Shown here piece by piece: positions 37,446-48,531 of a stretch of 64,000 bases of DNA. The notes under the pieces were generated by a model. The model had not been told where the DNA came from and searched no databases. It saw only the letters and a list, made by a program, of their open reading frames with translations. This DNA is from Sporopachydermia quercuum (lineage: Eukaryota). The DNA is taken from assembly GCA_001599295.1 (NCBI GenBank), contig BCGN01000003.1:1674001-1738000 (forward strand), read 5' to 3'. The position numbers were made by a program, and so were the translations under genes. How positions within the stretch are numbered: position 1 is the stretch's first letter; each line of letters opens with the position of its first letter.

Positions 37446-38954
37446 CTACGCAAATGCAACTCTTTCATATTCCTGTAAACCCTTTAAAAATCCATGCTCC
37501 CATTCCCAGACTCTTTCTGAATCTCCTCTGGCTATCAAATGCTCGGATTTCCTGCTTTTAATCCAAGCTACTTTCCTACCAAGTTTACTCCCATTAAACC
37601 TATTGAAACCATCGCCATCAAACCATCCATTAACAAACCCATCACGGAACCTCCAATGGTCTCCGAGAAGACCCTGGGCGTCGAAATAGCTGCAATGGCC
37701 GTTATAACTCGCCTCTAAACACTGCTGGAAGTCCCGTTGGCCAGGAATTCGTTTGCTCGCCGTTGGCCTAGGAATCAGTGCCCCAGCTTGAACCATAGGC
37801 ACGAAACCCCAGGCCCCGCCATGGAAGTTATGGTACTTGAAACTCCAGAAGAAGTAGCCAAAATCAGCTTTCTGGTTGAAAATACTCGTCTGAGCCTGGC
37901 CGTACTGGATTTCCTTCGCTGAGCGTTGATTTGATGGTAATTTGCTCCATGAAAGCTCGTCCATGACGCAAGAGAATTCGCCTATCATTATATCCGCAGG
38001 AGAAGAAATCTCGTTGAGCACCGAGTGGCTCAATTCCGAGATAATCGTATCAGGAGCTTTGTTTCTGTCTTCAGGAGCAAAACAGCGGTATACGTGATGA
38101 TCTATAACCATTCCTGCTGAGGCTGTAGAATTATTACTGTTACTGTTACTGCTAGTGCGCATACTACTACTTGCCATGCGAAACTCTTCAGTATTCAACC
38201 ATTGAACAAAGGAATCTGTCCACCAACCATCGGAAATAATAATAGGAATCGTGGCATCAATAGCACGTATAGATTTAGCAGCCCGAGAATAATAATCCTT
38301 CTGAGGTATTGCATGCTCGTTGAATTCACTCTCATTGATTATTTGTATACCAGTGAAGTTTTCATAAGGCTGGAGATCAGCCACAATGAACCGCGCCACA
38401 TCAATAGCTATATTTATATACTGTGGCGTTGTCCAAAATTCGACTTTGCCGTCCGCTTTTCCGCTGTGGTCGTCTTTATTGGCTCCTCCTGGTAACCCAT
38501 GCAGATCTATTATAACTCCTATCTGATGGTTAAGTGCCTGCTGGACATACGATTTAACTATGGACCAAGCGTTTAGATAAACAGGAGCAACGTTGTTAAA
38601 GGGTGTATTTGCAGCAAATTGTCCTCCATTAACCGTCCAATATCCAACGGGAATCCGGACTGAAGTAACCCCTACTTGGCTTAGCCATTGCCAGTCTTCT
38701 GGAGCCATGAAGGAACTCCAATAGGTCTCCATCTTAGTTCTGGTAGCTTCTAACCCGAAATGTGCTACCTGCGCCGTTATAGCTTCCAGTTCACCAAGGG
38801 TGTTGTTGATAAAGAAATCGCCGGCCATGTGCCTTTCTAGAACGAAAACTGAGCCAATGTTAACGCCGAAATTTGTTCTGTTGCGGTAGATGGCTTTTCT
38901 TGTAGGGGCCTGTCCCGGGGGAGCTGCTGGTCCTGCCTCTGGTAGCGATGACAT
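37446..38954 (-). CDS. Intracellular GH5 glycoside hydrolase (YBR056W-like beta-glucanase), copy 1
   Basis: IYRNRTNFGVNIGSVFVLE, RIPVGYW, DLHGLPGGAN..HSG, acid/base INE, DHHVYRCF, nucleophile IGEFS. No signal peptide. Confidence 0.92.
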   Translation of the reverse strand: MSSLPEAGPAAPPGQAPTRKAIYRNRTNFGVNIGSVFVLERHMAGDFFINNTLGELEAITAQVAHFGLEATRTKMETYWSSFMAPEDWQWLSQVGVTSVRIPVGYWTVNGGQFAANTPFNNVAPVYLNAWSIVKSYVQQALNHQIGVIIDLHGLPGGANKDDHSGKADGKVEFWTTPQYINIAIDVARFIVADLQPYENFTGIQIINESEFNEHAIPQKDYYSRAAKSIRAIDATIPIIISDGWWTDSFVQWLNTEEFRMASSSMRTSSNSNSNNSTASAGMVIDHHVYRCFAPEDRNKAPDTIISELSHSVLNEISSPADIMIGEFSCVMDELSWSKLPSNQRSAKEIQYGQAQTSIFNQKADFGYFFWSFKYHNFHGGAWGFVPMVQAGALIPRPTASKRIPGQRDFQQCLEASYNGHCSYFDAQGLLGDHWRFRDGFVNGWFDGDGFNRFNGSKLGRKVAWIKSRKSEHLIARGDSERVWEWEHGFLKGLQEYERVAFA

Positions 38955-39775
38955 CTGCAGGTAGTTTGCCGAGTTCAGAAAGGTTAGACTTTGATAGCAA
39001 TGAATATAAAGCTGAAGTCAACAAAACTATGGATCTGCGAGAACGAAATGCGTTGATGTGGTAGAGAAAATGGTATGGGATGGGAAGCTTGGCTTAGATG
39101 AAGGCCATCATGAGGGCTAAATGTGAAGACTATGCACAGCCTGACACGCAATCAATTAGTAAAATGTGCTTTCAGGCCACTCTATGGTTAGAATACCAAG
39201 AAATAATTATGATTAGTAGTTACAAGCCTTGGAAATCATGGATAGTTAGCTGGTATAGAGATAATGATGGTAATCAATTGATAATTAGTCGATCTGATAA
39301 GAGAAAAGGATGAGGGGAAGGGATGGAGAATTACAAAATATGTGATGAGGTGATCATTAAATAAGAAGAGAAAGGAGCATTACAAGAGCAGTTGACTTAG
39401 GAATCAGAAATTAAGAGAATTTACTTGAATATAAGAAGTGGAAGTCAGTTATTTGAAAATACACTTTATCAGTAGATAACTTACTACGTAGATATCAGTT
39501 TCAAATAGTAAAGCTGAGATACCGTCTGTGATCTAACCATCGAAATAAAGAGTCATACTACTACGATAGGTAATTCTGATTTAAGAGTCGTAATTACTGA
39601 AACTAGCTAGCAATAACCAGAAGCCCAGAGAGTGATAGTAGACATATGATACACTTGATTCAGAAGGGACTAATGACAAAAAAAATCAACACAAATATCC
39701 GATTCGAATTTGAATGTACTTCAACAACTCTCAAGCATATAACAAAAATCAGAAATGCAGCCGGAAACAACATTC

Positions 39776-39798
39776 AAAAAATAAAAAAAATAAAAAAA
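39776..39798 (-). terminator. Pol III oligo-T terminator of tRNA-Arg
   Basis: Runs of 6-8 T on the minus strand directly 3' of the tRNA. Confidence 0.8.
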
Positions 39799-39803
39799 TC
39801 AAG

Positions 39804-39897
39804 CACCCACGGTGGGAGTCGAACCCACAATCTTCAGATTGCATTCCAAAGAAACTTCGTTAGAAGTCTGACGCGTTAACCATTACGCTACGCGGGC
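39804..39897 (-). tRNA. tRNA-Arg(UCU) with a 21-nt intron (39840-39860)
   Basis: GCCCGCG TA GCGT AATGGTTA ACGC G TCAGA CT TCT A [intron] A TCTGA AGATT GTGGG TTCGACT CCCAC CGTGGGT G forms a full cloverleaf, with the intron at the canonical 37/38 site. Confidence 0.97.
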
Positions 39898-40429
39898 TTG
39901 TTGAAATTGTTTTGAGAGAGTACACAATTGAATTGAAACAATAGTTCCTTCTACATCTGATCTATTATATCTTAGTTTCCCTGGTTAATAACATGAGATA
40001 AGCATTCAGATGCTTATACTCAACTAAGTAAAGAATCATCGAACTGGTATTGATATATCTTTATAGAAATTATGCCTATATCTCATGATGAGTCCATACG
40101 CCATGCACCATACCTCTCATACACTTATGACTTAGTATCATCCATCATTCATACATTAATAAACTAACAATTACAGAACCCAGCTGAGTCCGACATCCTG
40201 GTACCAGGTAAAAGGGGAATTTTGGTTTGTGGATACTCAGGTACTAAGGGAGAGGCAAACTTGGAGCTCTTTACTTACTTACTTATAAACCAATAAACTA
40301 CATTAATCCCTATTTATTTGCTCTATGAACCTGCAGTGTTCTTAAAAAACAAGTACACCGACCGTACCTATGTCAAACATTTCAGCTCTACTGAAAGCAA
40401 AGAAAAGAAACTGAATCTCTTTGCCTCAA

Positions 40430-41602
40430 TTAATCCTTAGCAAGGAAAGGTTTCTCACCAAGAGGAGTCAATCGGAAGGCATGTCTGCGTTCAGGAGTGA
40501 CCCAATCAAACAAGGCTGAGTGAAGTGTCTTTCTGTTGTCCCAGGCAACAATAGTGCCCGGCTCCCATTTAGCTCTGGCCTGGAAATCTAGACCTTTGGC
40601 AATATGGTCAAATAAGAAGTTGAGAACCCAGTCAGACTCTTCTTTTTTAAGCTGGGGAATTCTTTTCGCATAACCATGGTTGACAAATAGTGCCTTTTCA
40701 CCAGTTACTGGATGAGTTCGAACAATTGGATGTTCATTGAGAGAAAGGGACCTCTTGATTCCATTTCCTCCAAACCTTTTGAAGGTGTCTTCTCCCTGGT
40801 CCAGACCAGAGTGAATAACAGTTATACTTTCCAGAAATTTCTGCAAAGCAGGTGATAAACGGTTGTATGCCTCAACCGTGTTGGCAAATATGGTATCACC
40901 ACCACTTTCAGGAAGCTGAAGAATAGCTAGAAAAGAAAGAGCTGCCGGTTGCCTTTCGAACGAAATATCACTGTGCCATCCTACTGAGCTCAATTGATTC
41001 TTACGGATTTGTTCCCCCATATCATGTCCCTTCGCCCGATATGCAACGTGGATTTCAGGGTATCCTTTAGGTGATCCTGACACAGGATGAACATGGAGCG
41101 GTCCGAAGTATCTGCCGAATTCAACAATTTCATCCAGTGGCTTGTCCTTTAAATCTTGGTCCCGGAAAACAACCAAGCCTCTTTGCTCTATGAAAAGAGC
41201 TAATTCATCTTTTTGAGCGTCGTTGAGCTGGGAAATCTGAATGCCTCTTAGTTCTGAACCAAACAAAGGTGTGATATTGGACTTCTTGTAGTCTCCGGTA
41301 AAGAGGTTTTTGAATGTGGGATCTGCCCTTTTTCCAACGTCTTCGATCTCGAATTCCTCAGGAACCAGGTAATCAACTTTCTTCTGATGGACTGGTAAAA
41401 ATTGAGGGTACGGTGATCCCTCGGCTTCTTCTGGGTCAAGTAAGAAATCCCCATCTTTATCTGCTTCTTTAGCAGTTTTATATACGAAGTTGTAAGGATT
41501 AGAATTGACGACAAGTTTTCTGAGCTCTTCAGCCCTTTCGTCCTGAAGAAGCCTTTTGGCTGACGATTGGTCCACAACAGTGACAGCAGCAGTGGGAGCC
41601 AT
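40430..41602 (-). CDS. JLP1: TauD/Jlp1-family Fe(II)/2-oxoglutarate sulfonate dioxygenase
   Basis: QKDELALFIEQRGLVVFRDQD, YFGPLHVHP, HxD motif WHSDISFE, GGDT, HPIVRTHPVTGEKALFVN, WDNRKTLH. Orthology within the family is not established. Confidence 0.9.
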   Translation of the reverse strand: MAPTAAVTVVDQSSAKRLLQDERAEELRKLVVNSNPYNFVYKTAKEADKDGDFLLDPEEAEGSPYPQFLPVHQKKVDYLVPEEFEIEDVGKRADPTFKNLFTGDYKKSNITPLFGSELRGIQISQLNDAQKDELALFIEQRGLVVFRDQDLKDKPLDEIVEFGRYFGPLHVHPVSGSPKGYPEIHVAYRAKGHDMGEQIRKNQLSSVGWHSDISFERQPAALSFLAILQLPESGGDTIFANTVEAYNRLSPALQKFLESITVIHSGLDQGEDTFKRFGGNGIKRSLSLNEHPIVRTHPVTGEKALFVNHGYAKRIPQLKKEESDWVLNFLFDHIAKGLDFQARAKWEPGTIVAWDNRKTLHSALFDWVTPERRHAFRLTPLGEKPFLAKD

Positions 41603-43600
41603 TTTTGATTTTAAATCGGAGAAAGGTGGAAAAGGTGTAAACGACTATGAATAGATTATTGCTATAGAATATAAACACTATATTATCGTCAAGTACAGTT
41701 TTTTTCTGGTGAAATTAGCTCCCGCAGGATAACAGGTTTGGAATACAAGAGGATGAATTGTGTGGTATTTAAACACTTTTACTTGACTCTTCTTAACCCT
41801 TAGTTTGCTCTTTTCTACTTAGGGGTAAAGCTAGCGGACAGTTACTTCTGAGTTTTTTTTTTTTTTTTTTTTTCGCTCAGTAAACGAGTTTAAACGTCTG
41901 ATTTGAGTATGATATGATCTACAACATAGAGGAGTAGCGGAATTCGAGTTTGTCAGCACTCTTACGCTGTCTGTACTGTTAAACGCTCTTCCTTATAACA
42001 TCTGTTAATTAGACTTACTTGGATGTATTTCAAATAATCTTGTGAAATTACTAATATATTAACGCAGATTTCGTACTTTCATATGGCTGATTGCAATAAT
42101 TGACTCTAATATGAAATATTCTCCGGAAATTTGCAAGTTTTCCAGGAGAAGAGACAATAGAGCCACCATGAGCTCAATATTTACATATAATATGATACAT
42201 TTAATTCACTTTTTAATCAGGTAAGGGTAAGAAATTGAAACTTTCACTCAAACAGGAGGGTCGACGCTCTTTTGTATATCCGATATTCAGATAGTTGCAT
42301 CGAGTTGAAATAACATTCTGCATAGAGTAGTTTCTTATTTGATAATTAGATTACACTTCCGATTCTCGCTAATGTGTGGGAGTGCATATAAACTTAATCG
42401 TGAAAAAGATACTCACTACTAAAACTGGCCAAACTTTAATTTAACAATTAGCCGATGGTTTACGTGGAAAAAGCTAGTTATTCAGATTTTACGTCCTAGC
42501 TGAATACTTTGCAAACTCAAAGTGAGTTAGAGCCAAACGTTAGATTTAGTGTTTGAATATCAAGTAAGTGTGAAAAGTTATAACTTCTTAACTAATTATT
42601 GTTTAAAGCTTGATCTGGCAGCTACACTAACAGTCAATGATAACCCACTGTTAGTATAGTTCACTAAATGAAATCACGACCTCAGTAAATGTGGGTGGCA
42701 TATGCAGGTACCTTGTATGCAGAGCCTAATTGTTTTTATGAAAGAATTCCATTAGTTATTAACATGCAACACTTTACTTTAAAGGTGGGTTAAAAAGTTA
42801 CTTACATAAAATTAACTAGATAATCTTTATTCATTTATTAAGTGAACATTGAATATTATTCTATAAAACCAGGGGCAAAACGCATTGTTCGAAGTTTCTT
42901 GTTAATTTATTAAGGTTATTTATTACTAACTTCAGAGATTTTACAAAAAAGGTATATAAAACCTATAATTTTAGCTACCTCTAGATTTACTATTAAGTTT
43001 AGTTCCTACATTTTAAGTTAAGGTTCAAAGGCTTAATTATTACACCATTTATAATAAATCTGATCAATGAGATATCAAATACTAACAAATACTAGCAGGA
43101 GTTCCATCTGAATAATCAAGATTCTTGGCTCAACATAGAGTTAGAAATGAAACTACAGTTCTATTTCTACAATGCGCTAATATCTCTTCTCTCAGTGTAG
43201 AAAAGTGAAAAATTATTCTCTGGTGAGTAAAAAACTGAAAAATAACAGACCCAATAATCGAGAAATCGGGAAAACAAAAAAAAGAATAGCAGCAACATGG
43301 ATCTGATTTTCAATTTAACAATATTGGAACGTCATTTTTATGTTTTATTACCTACTTAATACCTGCCTATTTCCAGATCCTCAGGCCTAGCAAATTGGAG
43401 CTTTTCACATTAAGCAATGGCAATAGTCGCGTATGCATTTATCTATATATACCAGTGGCTCTTCGTTCAAAATAACTCTGTCAAGTCTCTCAAATGGTTG
43501 TCCCTATAACGAAACCTCAAGTAAAATCAAGAAAGGGCTCAGGAACAAGCTAGTAACTAGTAAACAGTTCAGAAAAATCACCTCCTTTTATTAAGCAAAG

Positions 43601-45208
43601 ATGTCTTCTGAGAAAGAAGTAGCAGCAGACAAAGCTGCGGAAGTGGAATTTTCAACCAAACAACTGTCCTTAGTCTCCTCTAATGACTCCGACGATTCTG
43701 TATACGTTGAAAGCAAAAGAACATGGAAAGGGCAAATTTGGGACACTTTGGACAAGCCCAAGGCAGAACGATGGTTTCTGTTCAAACTTGATGTTACTCT
43801 ACTATTCTGCGGGTGCGTGGGGGTGTTTTTAAGATATCTCGATCAGGCCAACATCAACAATGCTTTTGTTTCTGGAATGAAAGAGGAACTCGGCATGTAT
43901 GGAAACGAGCTTAACTATGCCAATATGTTGTGGAGTATTGGTTATATTCTTGGGCAGATTCCATCTAACCTGATATTGACAAGAGTAAAGCCACATTATT
44001 GGCTTCCCTTTCTGGAAGTCACTTGGTCTGTGATCACATTCTGTACTACAACCGTTAACGATATGCCCACTTTATACGGGATAAGATTCTTACTCGGATT
44101 TATAGAAAGTGGTCATTTCCCCGGTATTATGTACATCACCGCTTCCTGGTACACTAAATCTGAGCTTGCTAAAAGAGCCGGAATTATCCAATTCTGTACT
44201 GCGGCTGGGCCTATGTTCAGTGGATTTCTGCAAGCTGCTGCTTACACTGGCTTGAACGGTGTTCATGGCAGATCTGGTTGGAGATGGCTGTTCATAGTTG
44301 ACGGTGTTATTTCCTTACCTCTTGCTTTAGCTGCCTTTTTCTTGCTTCCCGATGTTCCTCGGATGCAATCTCCAAATTGGAAGTTTTCTGAGGCTGAACT
44401 CAAGCTTGCCAGAAAACGTGTTCCCCTGGAAAGCAGCGTTCATGTCACATATTCGTTCAAAGATGTGATTTCCTGGTTTGGAACCTGGCACGTATATTTT
44501 TTCCCCTTCATGTATTCCCTGCTGTGTGTTCCTATGCTAGTAAACCAGCAAATGCCTTTCTGGTTGAAATCATACAATACTGCGACCGAAACGGCGTACA
44601 CTGTTTCTCAGATCAACGTGTATCCTACTCCTATCCAGGCAATCCAGATAGTAACAACAATAGCATATTGCTTTGTATCGGATAATGTCCTAAAGGGTAA
44701 AAGAGGACCTGTGCTTATATGTATCTGGGTCTATATGTTTGCTGTCTTGTTAGCACTTGTTTTGGTTCCAGTGCATCCTGCCAATAGAGCGTCAAGATGG
44801 GTGTTATACTACTTGGTAGGTGCCCAGGGAGGTTCGGGTGCTTTAACCTGGACATGGGTCAACGAATCGTTGCAAGGAGAGCCCGTGAAACGAGCTTTTG
44901 TTTCGTCATTGATGAACTCCATTTCCTACTCTTTTGTAGCATGGACGCCCATCGTCATGTTCCCTACGAATAAGCAGCCTTTTGTCACCACAGGAAATAT
45001 TGCCTGCACAGTTATTGCCGCAGTCACTGTTTTTAGTATTCTAACTGTTATGTATATTCAGAGTCTGAAGGTTAAGACTGGGTTCTGGAAAAGTGTTCCT
45101 TCATTGGAGGGTGAATCAGCAGAAGGAGCTGCCGAATTAGAGGAACATCAGGTGAAGGTTGAGAGCCTTCAGTCGGAAGATTCAGAGAGAAGTTATAATA
45201 ATAAATAG
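43601..45208 (+). CDS. MFS anion:cation symporter (ACS/Dal5 family, Fen2/Seo1/Liz1-like) permease
   Basis: KLD...YLDQANINNAFVSGMKEELGMYGNELNY, RFLLGFIESGHFPG, SWYTKSELAKR, GWRWLFIVDG, multiple TM helices. Confidence 0.93.
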   Translation: MSSEKEVAADKAAEVEFSTKQLSLVSSNDSDDSVYVESKRTWKGQIWDTLDKPKAERWFLFKLDVTLLFCGCVGVFLRYLDQANINNAFVSGMKEELGMYGNELNYANMLWSIGYILGQIPSNLILTRVKPHYWLPFLEVTWSVITFCTTTVNDMPTLYGIRFLLGFIESGHFPGIMYITASWYTKSELAKRAGIIQFCTAAGPMFSGFLQAAAYTGLNGVHGRSGWRWLFIVDGVISLPLALAAFFLLPDVPRMQSPNWKFSEAELKLARKRVPLESSVHVTYSFKDVISWFGTWHVYFFPFMYSLLCVPMLVNQQMPFWLKSYNTATETAYTVSQINVYPTPIQAIQIVTTIAYCFVSDNVLKGKRGPVLICIWVYMFAVLLALVLVPVHPANRASRWVLYYLVGAQGGSGALTWTWVNESLQGEPVKRAFVSSLMNSISYSFVAWTPIVMFPTNKQPFVTTGNIACTVIAAVTVFSILTVMYIQSLKVKTGFWKSVPSLEGESAEGAAELEEHQVKVESLQSEDSERSYNNK

Positions 45209-46049
45209 GTAAAGTCTAGTAGATGTTCCGTTCCTATCACAATATATCTTCGATTTTTGTTAGTTTATATTTAGAAAAGGTGTTTACGATTAAAAGAGAT
45301 AGAAACCGTCAGTTGTAGAGCGACATCCTCATCTATACCATTCCCTATAAGTGCAGATGGTGGTTCAGCATTTCTGGCATACCTGGGCCTCCTTTAGGTG
45401 CCTTATATCTGACGGCAACAACAGTCTTCTCATCCTTCTTGATTTTTACCCTTTCAAAACATAAATAAGATACTTCGCCATATGGCATTCTAACTTTACC
45501 TTTATGTATAAAGAAAGTATTTACTTACACGACTTATGGAATGAATTTTCACGTCCTGTACCCAGAAGGTAAGGCATCTCACTACTCTGTCAGGCCCCTG
45601 GTTTCATCATGTCAAACGTATGTATGCTTATGCTTATTCTTACCCCATCAGGATACTCTTGACTATATTTTTAAACAACTTTATCACAATAAGATCATTT
45701 ACTTTCGGGTCTATATATATTAACTCTGTTATTTCTATTTAATATTCGAGTTATCTATAATTATTCATTTTGCTAATATATATAACTTGCTGACCCATTA
45801 TACGAAAGATGCCTAATCATAATTGATATTATTCTTAGTGCTACTAGAATTACCTATCTTTGAAATTTTAGAGGTCCAGTTTCTCAAAACAGATTCAGAA
45901 ACTTTCATTATGTGATAATATATAATTTGTTGATTTCGTTGTATTTAAACAAAGAAATATATTATATTTTGGCATTAATATGAGTTTTCTTAAATTCAAT
46001 TCGACAGGATCTTTGCCATTGTAGATGGAGCTTGAAGTTTCCCGCTGTG

Positions 46050-47040
46050 AAAGGGACTGTCGCAGGGACTCAATTATGCACTGGCATCAGAGTCTAGATT
46101 TCTGATGCAATTTTAATTCCGAAATTACCATTTGTTATCTGATAAAACCATGCTGATATCATTTTTATATTCAATCAATGAAAGGAAGAAACGCCTCTGT
46201 TTATATTGATGTTCTATCCTTATAATGAGACTTGATTATGATATTAATAAGGTTTATATATTTTGACAGATAAAGTTATTTAATTTGAACTTCAAATAGA
46301 TCGATCAGCAAAAAAAACTAAGATTAGGTTCACGTTCTTGTATATTAAACATTAACTCTAATTGAAACTCTATTAAGATTACTCATTTTATATTATTCTC
46401 CACAGTCTTTCTGCTATGATGAGGTGGTGAATCATACGAAGTACGTTGAAACAATATGATTCAATATCCATACATTTGATATATCAACAAAAGAAGGAGC
46501 TTTGGTAGCTACTATCTCAATTTTGCTCAAGCATCACTCTTAAGCGGGTATCAGGGATTTCGCTAATTGTCCTGGATGGATAATCTCCTGCCTTTCTATG
46601 GATGTTATGGAATAATTATGCCAGCTTACGTTCTAACGCCGCACACCCTTTTCAAGGAACGGCTGTCAATGATGTTTCACTACGCTTCTCTACGGCAATT
46701 ACTGTGATAATAATCCTTTTCTATGTAAAAAGGATAATGGTAACATAGACCATTTGTCTTGCATCCTTGGGCTTAGCCTGGGTGAGTCTATTTGATTTGA
46801 CTCAACATAAAGTAGGAATGCAATTGGATTAGGAGTTGGAAACTATGTTCTATTTTCGTCATAATCAATTATTGCTCCACATACAATTTTGCCCCTGACC
46901 TGTTATGAGGTAGCAACAGTTCAAGTAACAATATAAGTACTTCAACGGCTTATACTATTGCTGTATTGTTGCTCAGGCCATTGCACCCTTTGAGCATTCC
47001 CATGGTGCTAGGTCTGTCAAACTGATTTGTAGGGATCAAA
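46050..47040 (+). pseudogene. Possible highly decayed DHA2-type (14-TM) MFS transporter
   Basis: Stop- and frameshift-riddled fragments in the expected order: GTVAG...ISDAI, STVFLL**GGESYE (cf. LLALxWGGxxYxW), CLASLGLAWVSLFD, AIGLGVG..LFSS*SIIAPHTILP, YYCCIVAQAIAPF...RSVKL. Matched by eye only. Confidence 0.4.
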
Positions 47041-47120
47041 ATATTAAGTAAAGAGTGTATCTGTACAGCAGGAAAACTGATACCGACAGTCTTTCAATTT
47101 GCACTCCCTGTTTTATATAT

Positions 47121-48262
47121 TTATGGATAAATGAATGATTTCGTTCATTCGGTAGGATCAGTTTCAGATGTTTTGGTCCGGTTCCCAGCCTTTTTTGGGT
47201 TGAAGAAGAGGTCAATGCATGTTAGAAATATCTTCAAGTTAGACAAAGAGTTAAGTGCTTCGTTCTAAAAACAATCGTTCGAGATAGTATAGAGAAAACT
47301 ACCACTGCAGAACTAGCTTTCAGCTTATTACCTTACATTATACTTGATTTCTTTCCTCGAAAGTACCAGAGTACAGGCCGAAGAGCACCAGTCTTTTCCC
47401 CGGTAAACACGGCAATTAGGCTACTAGCCAGGAATTGACCTTTGTGCCCATTTCGACTATCAACACAATTATTCAACAGAAATCAGCAGCAGTTCACTAT
47501 GTTCATTCATTATCTGCCAGTCAGAGAAAGCGTAGGATCATTCCGCTGGTGATGTTCTGCTGTGTATGAAAATCCTTAAATCTTGGTAGTATTCAACGAT
47601 CATCGGCACAACTTTGCAACTTTGCAACTTTGCCTTAGGCCAAAAAAAAAATTGTAAACCAGTGAGTCATTTGGGAGTGTGAATAATAGGAATAGCGGCA
47701 AATAAGACAGTAGGAACAGAGACATAAATTATAGGATTTAGTAATAACAACGATAGTTATGATCTATTATCATTCATTAGAATAGGTCAAATAGCTGCTA
47801 ACATATGTATATGACTCATATTACTTAGCTTTACAGGTAGCGGGATCAATCTATACGATTGCCCAATAATCTTCACTTATTCCTGAAAATAATACCAACA
47901 CCTTCACCCATTTTACTAGGGGATTAATTGATTAATGAGCAGCAGCTCTAATATTGGTGGTAGTAGTAAGAACATCACTATTCTTCAATGGTCCAGCACC
48001 AAGAACCATGCTGCAACTGCTAGATAAATAAAGCAACCTCAACAAATCCCAGCAAGAACTTTAGGGCAATCAGCAGTTATAAGTGCCGTTTGGATTCCCC
48101 CCATAAGATCCTACTAGCTTGCAACAATAGCAAATCTATAGGGCCATAAGTGATTTTACTTCATCTGAAGACAAACGATTCACCACTGCTACCTTCAGCA
48201 TGAGTGAGCTCACTGATTTCCAATGGAGTTGTATTCACTATCTTTTTCTTCAAACTTATCAT
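47121..48262 (-). pseudogene. Decayed ACS/Dal5-Tna1-family MFS permease
   Basis: One frame from ATG 48262 reads ...IDLLLL..RILWG...*LLIALKFLLGFVEVALFI*..GSWCWTIEE*. Downstream fragments are SWLVA*LPCLPGKRLVLFGL (about 47370-47440) and a terminal TDPTE*TKSFIYP* (cf. family C-terminus DLTDxENxxFRY). Confidence 0.65.
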
Positions 48263-48531
48263 GAATATTGAAAGCAACAATATCGAAGGTTTGGCAGCAC
48301 CAAACCAAGGTTCCCATCAATTATTGTTACTCAGTATATATATGTAAATTTATAATCCATAGGTTATTTCAAATAAAGCAGTGTTATATAAGATTTAACT
48401 TTTACCTGTATCATAAACTTATCTGATACTTCGTTGATTGTAGTATAACTAATTGAATATAGTAATTAAATATATTGGGCTATATCACCAAAAAATAGCT
48501 ACCAGCTGCCTTACCAGTCAACTTCAAGAAC

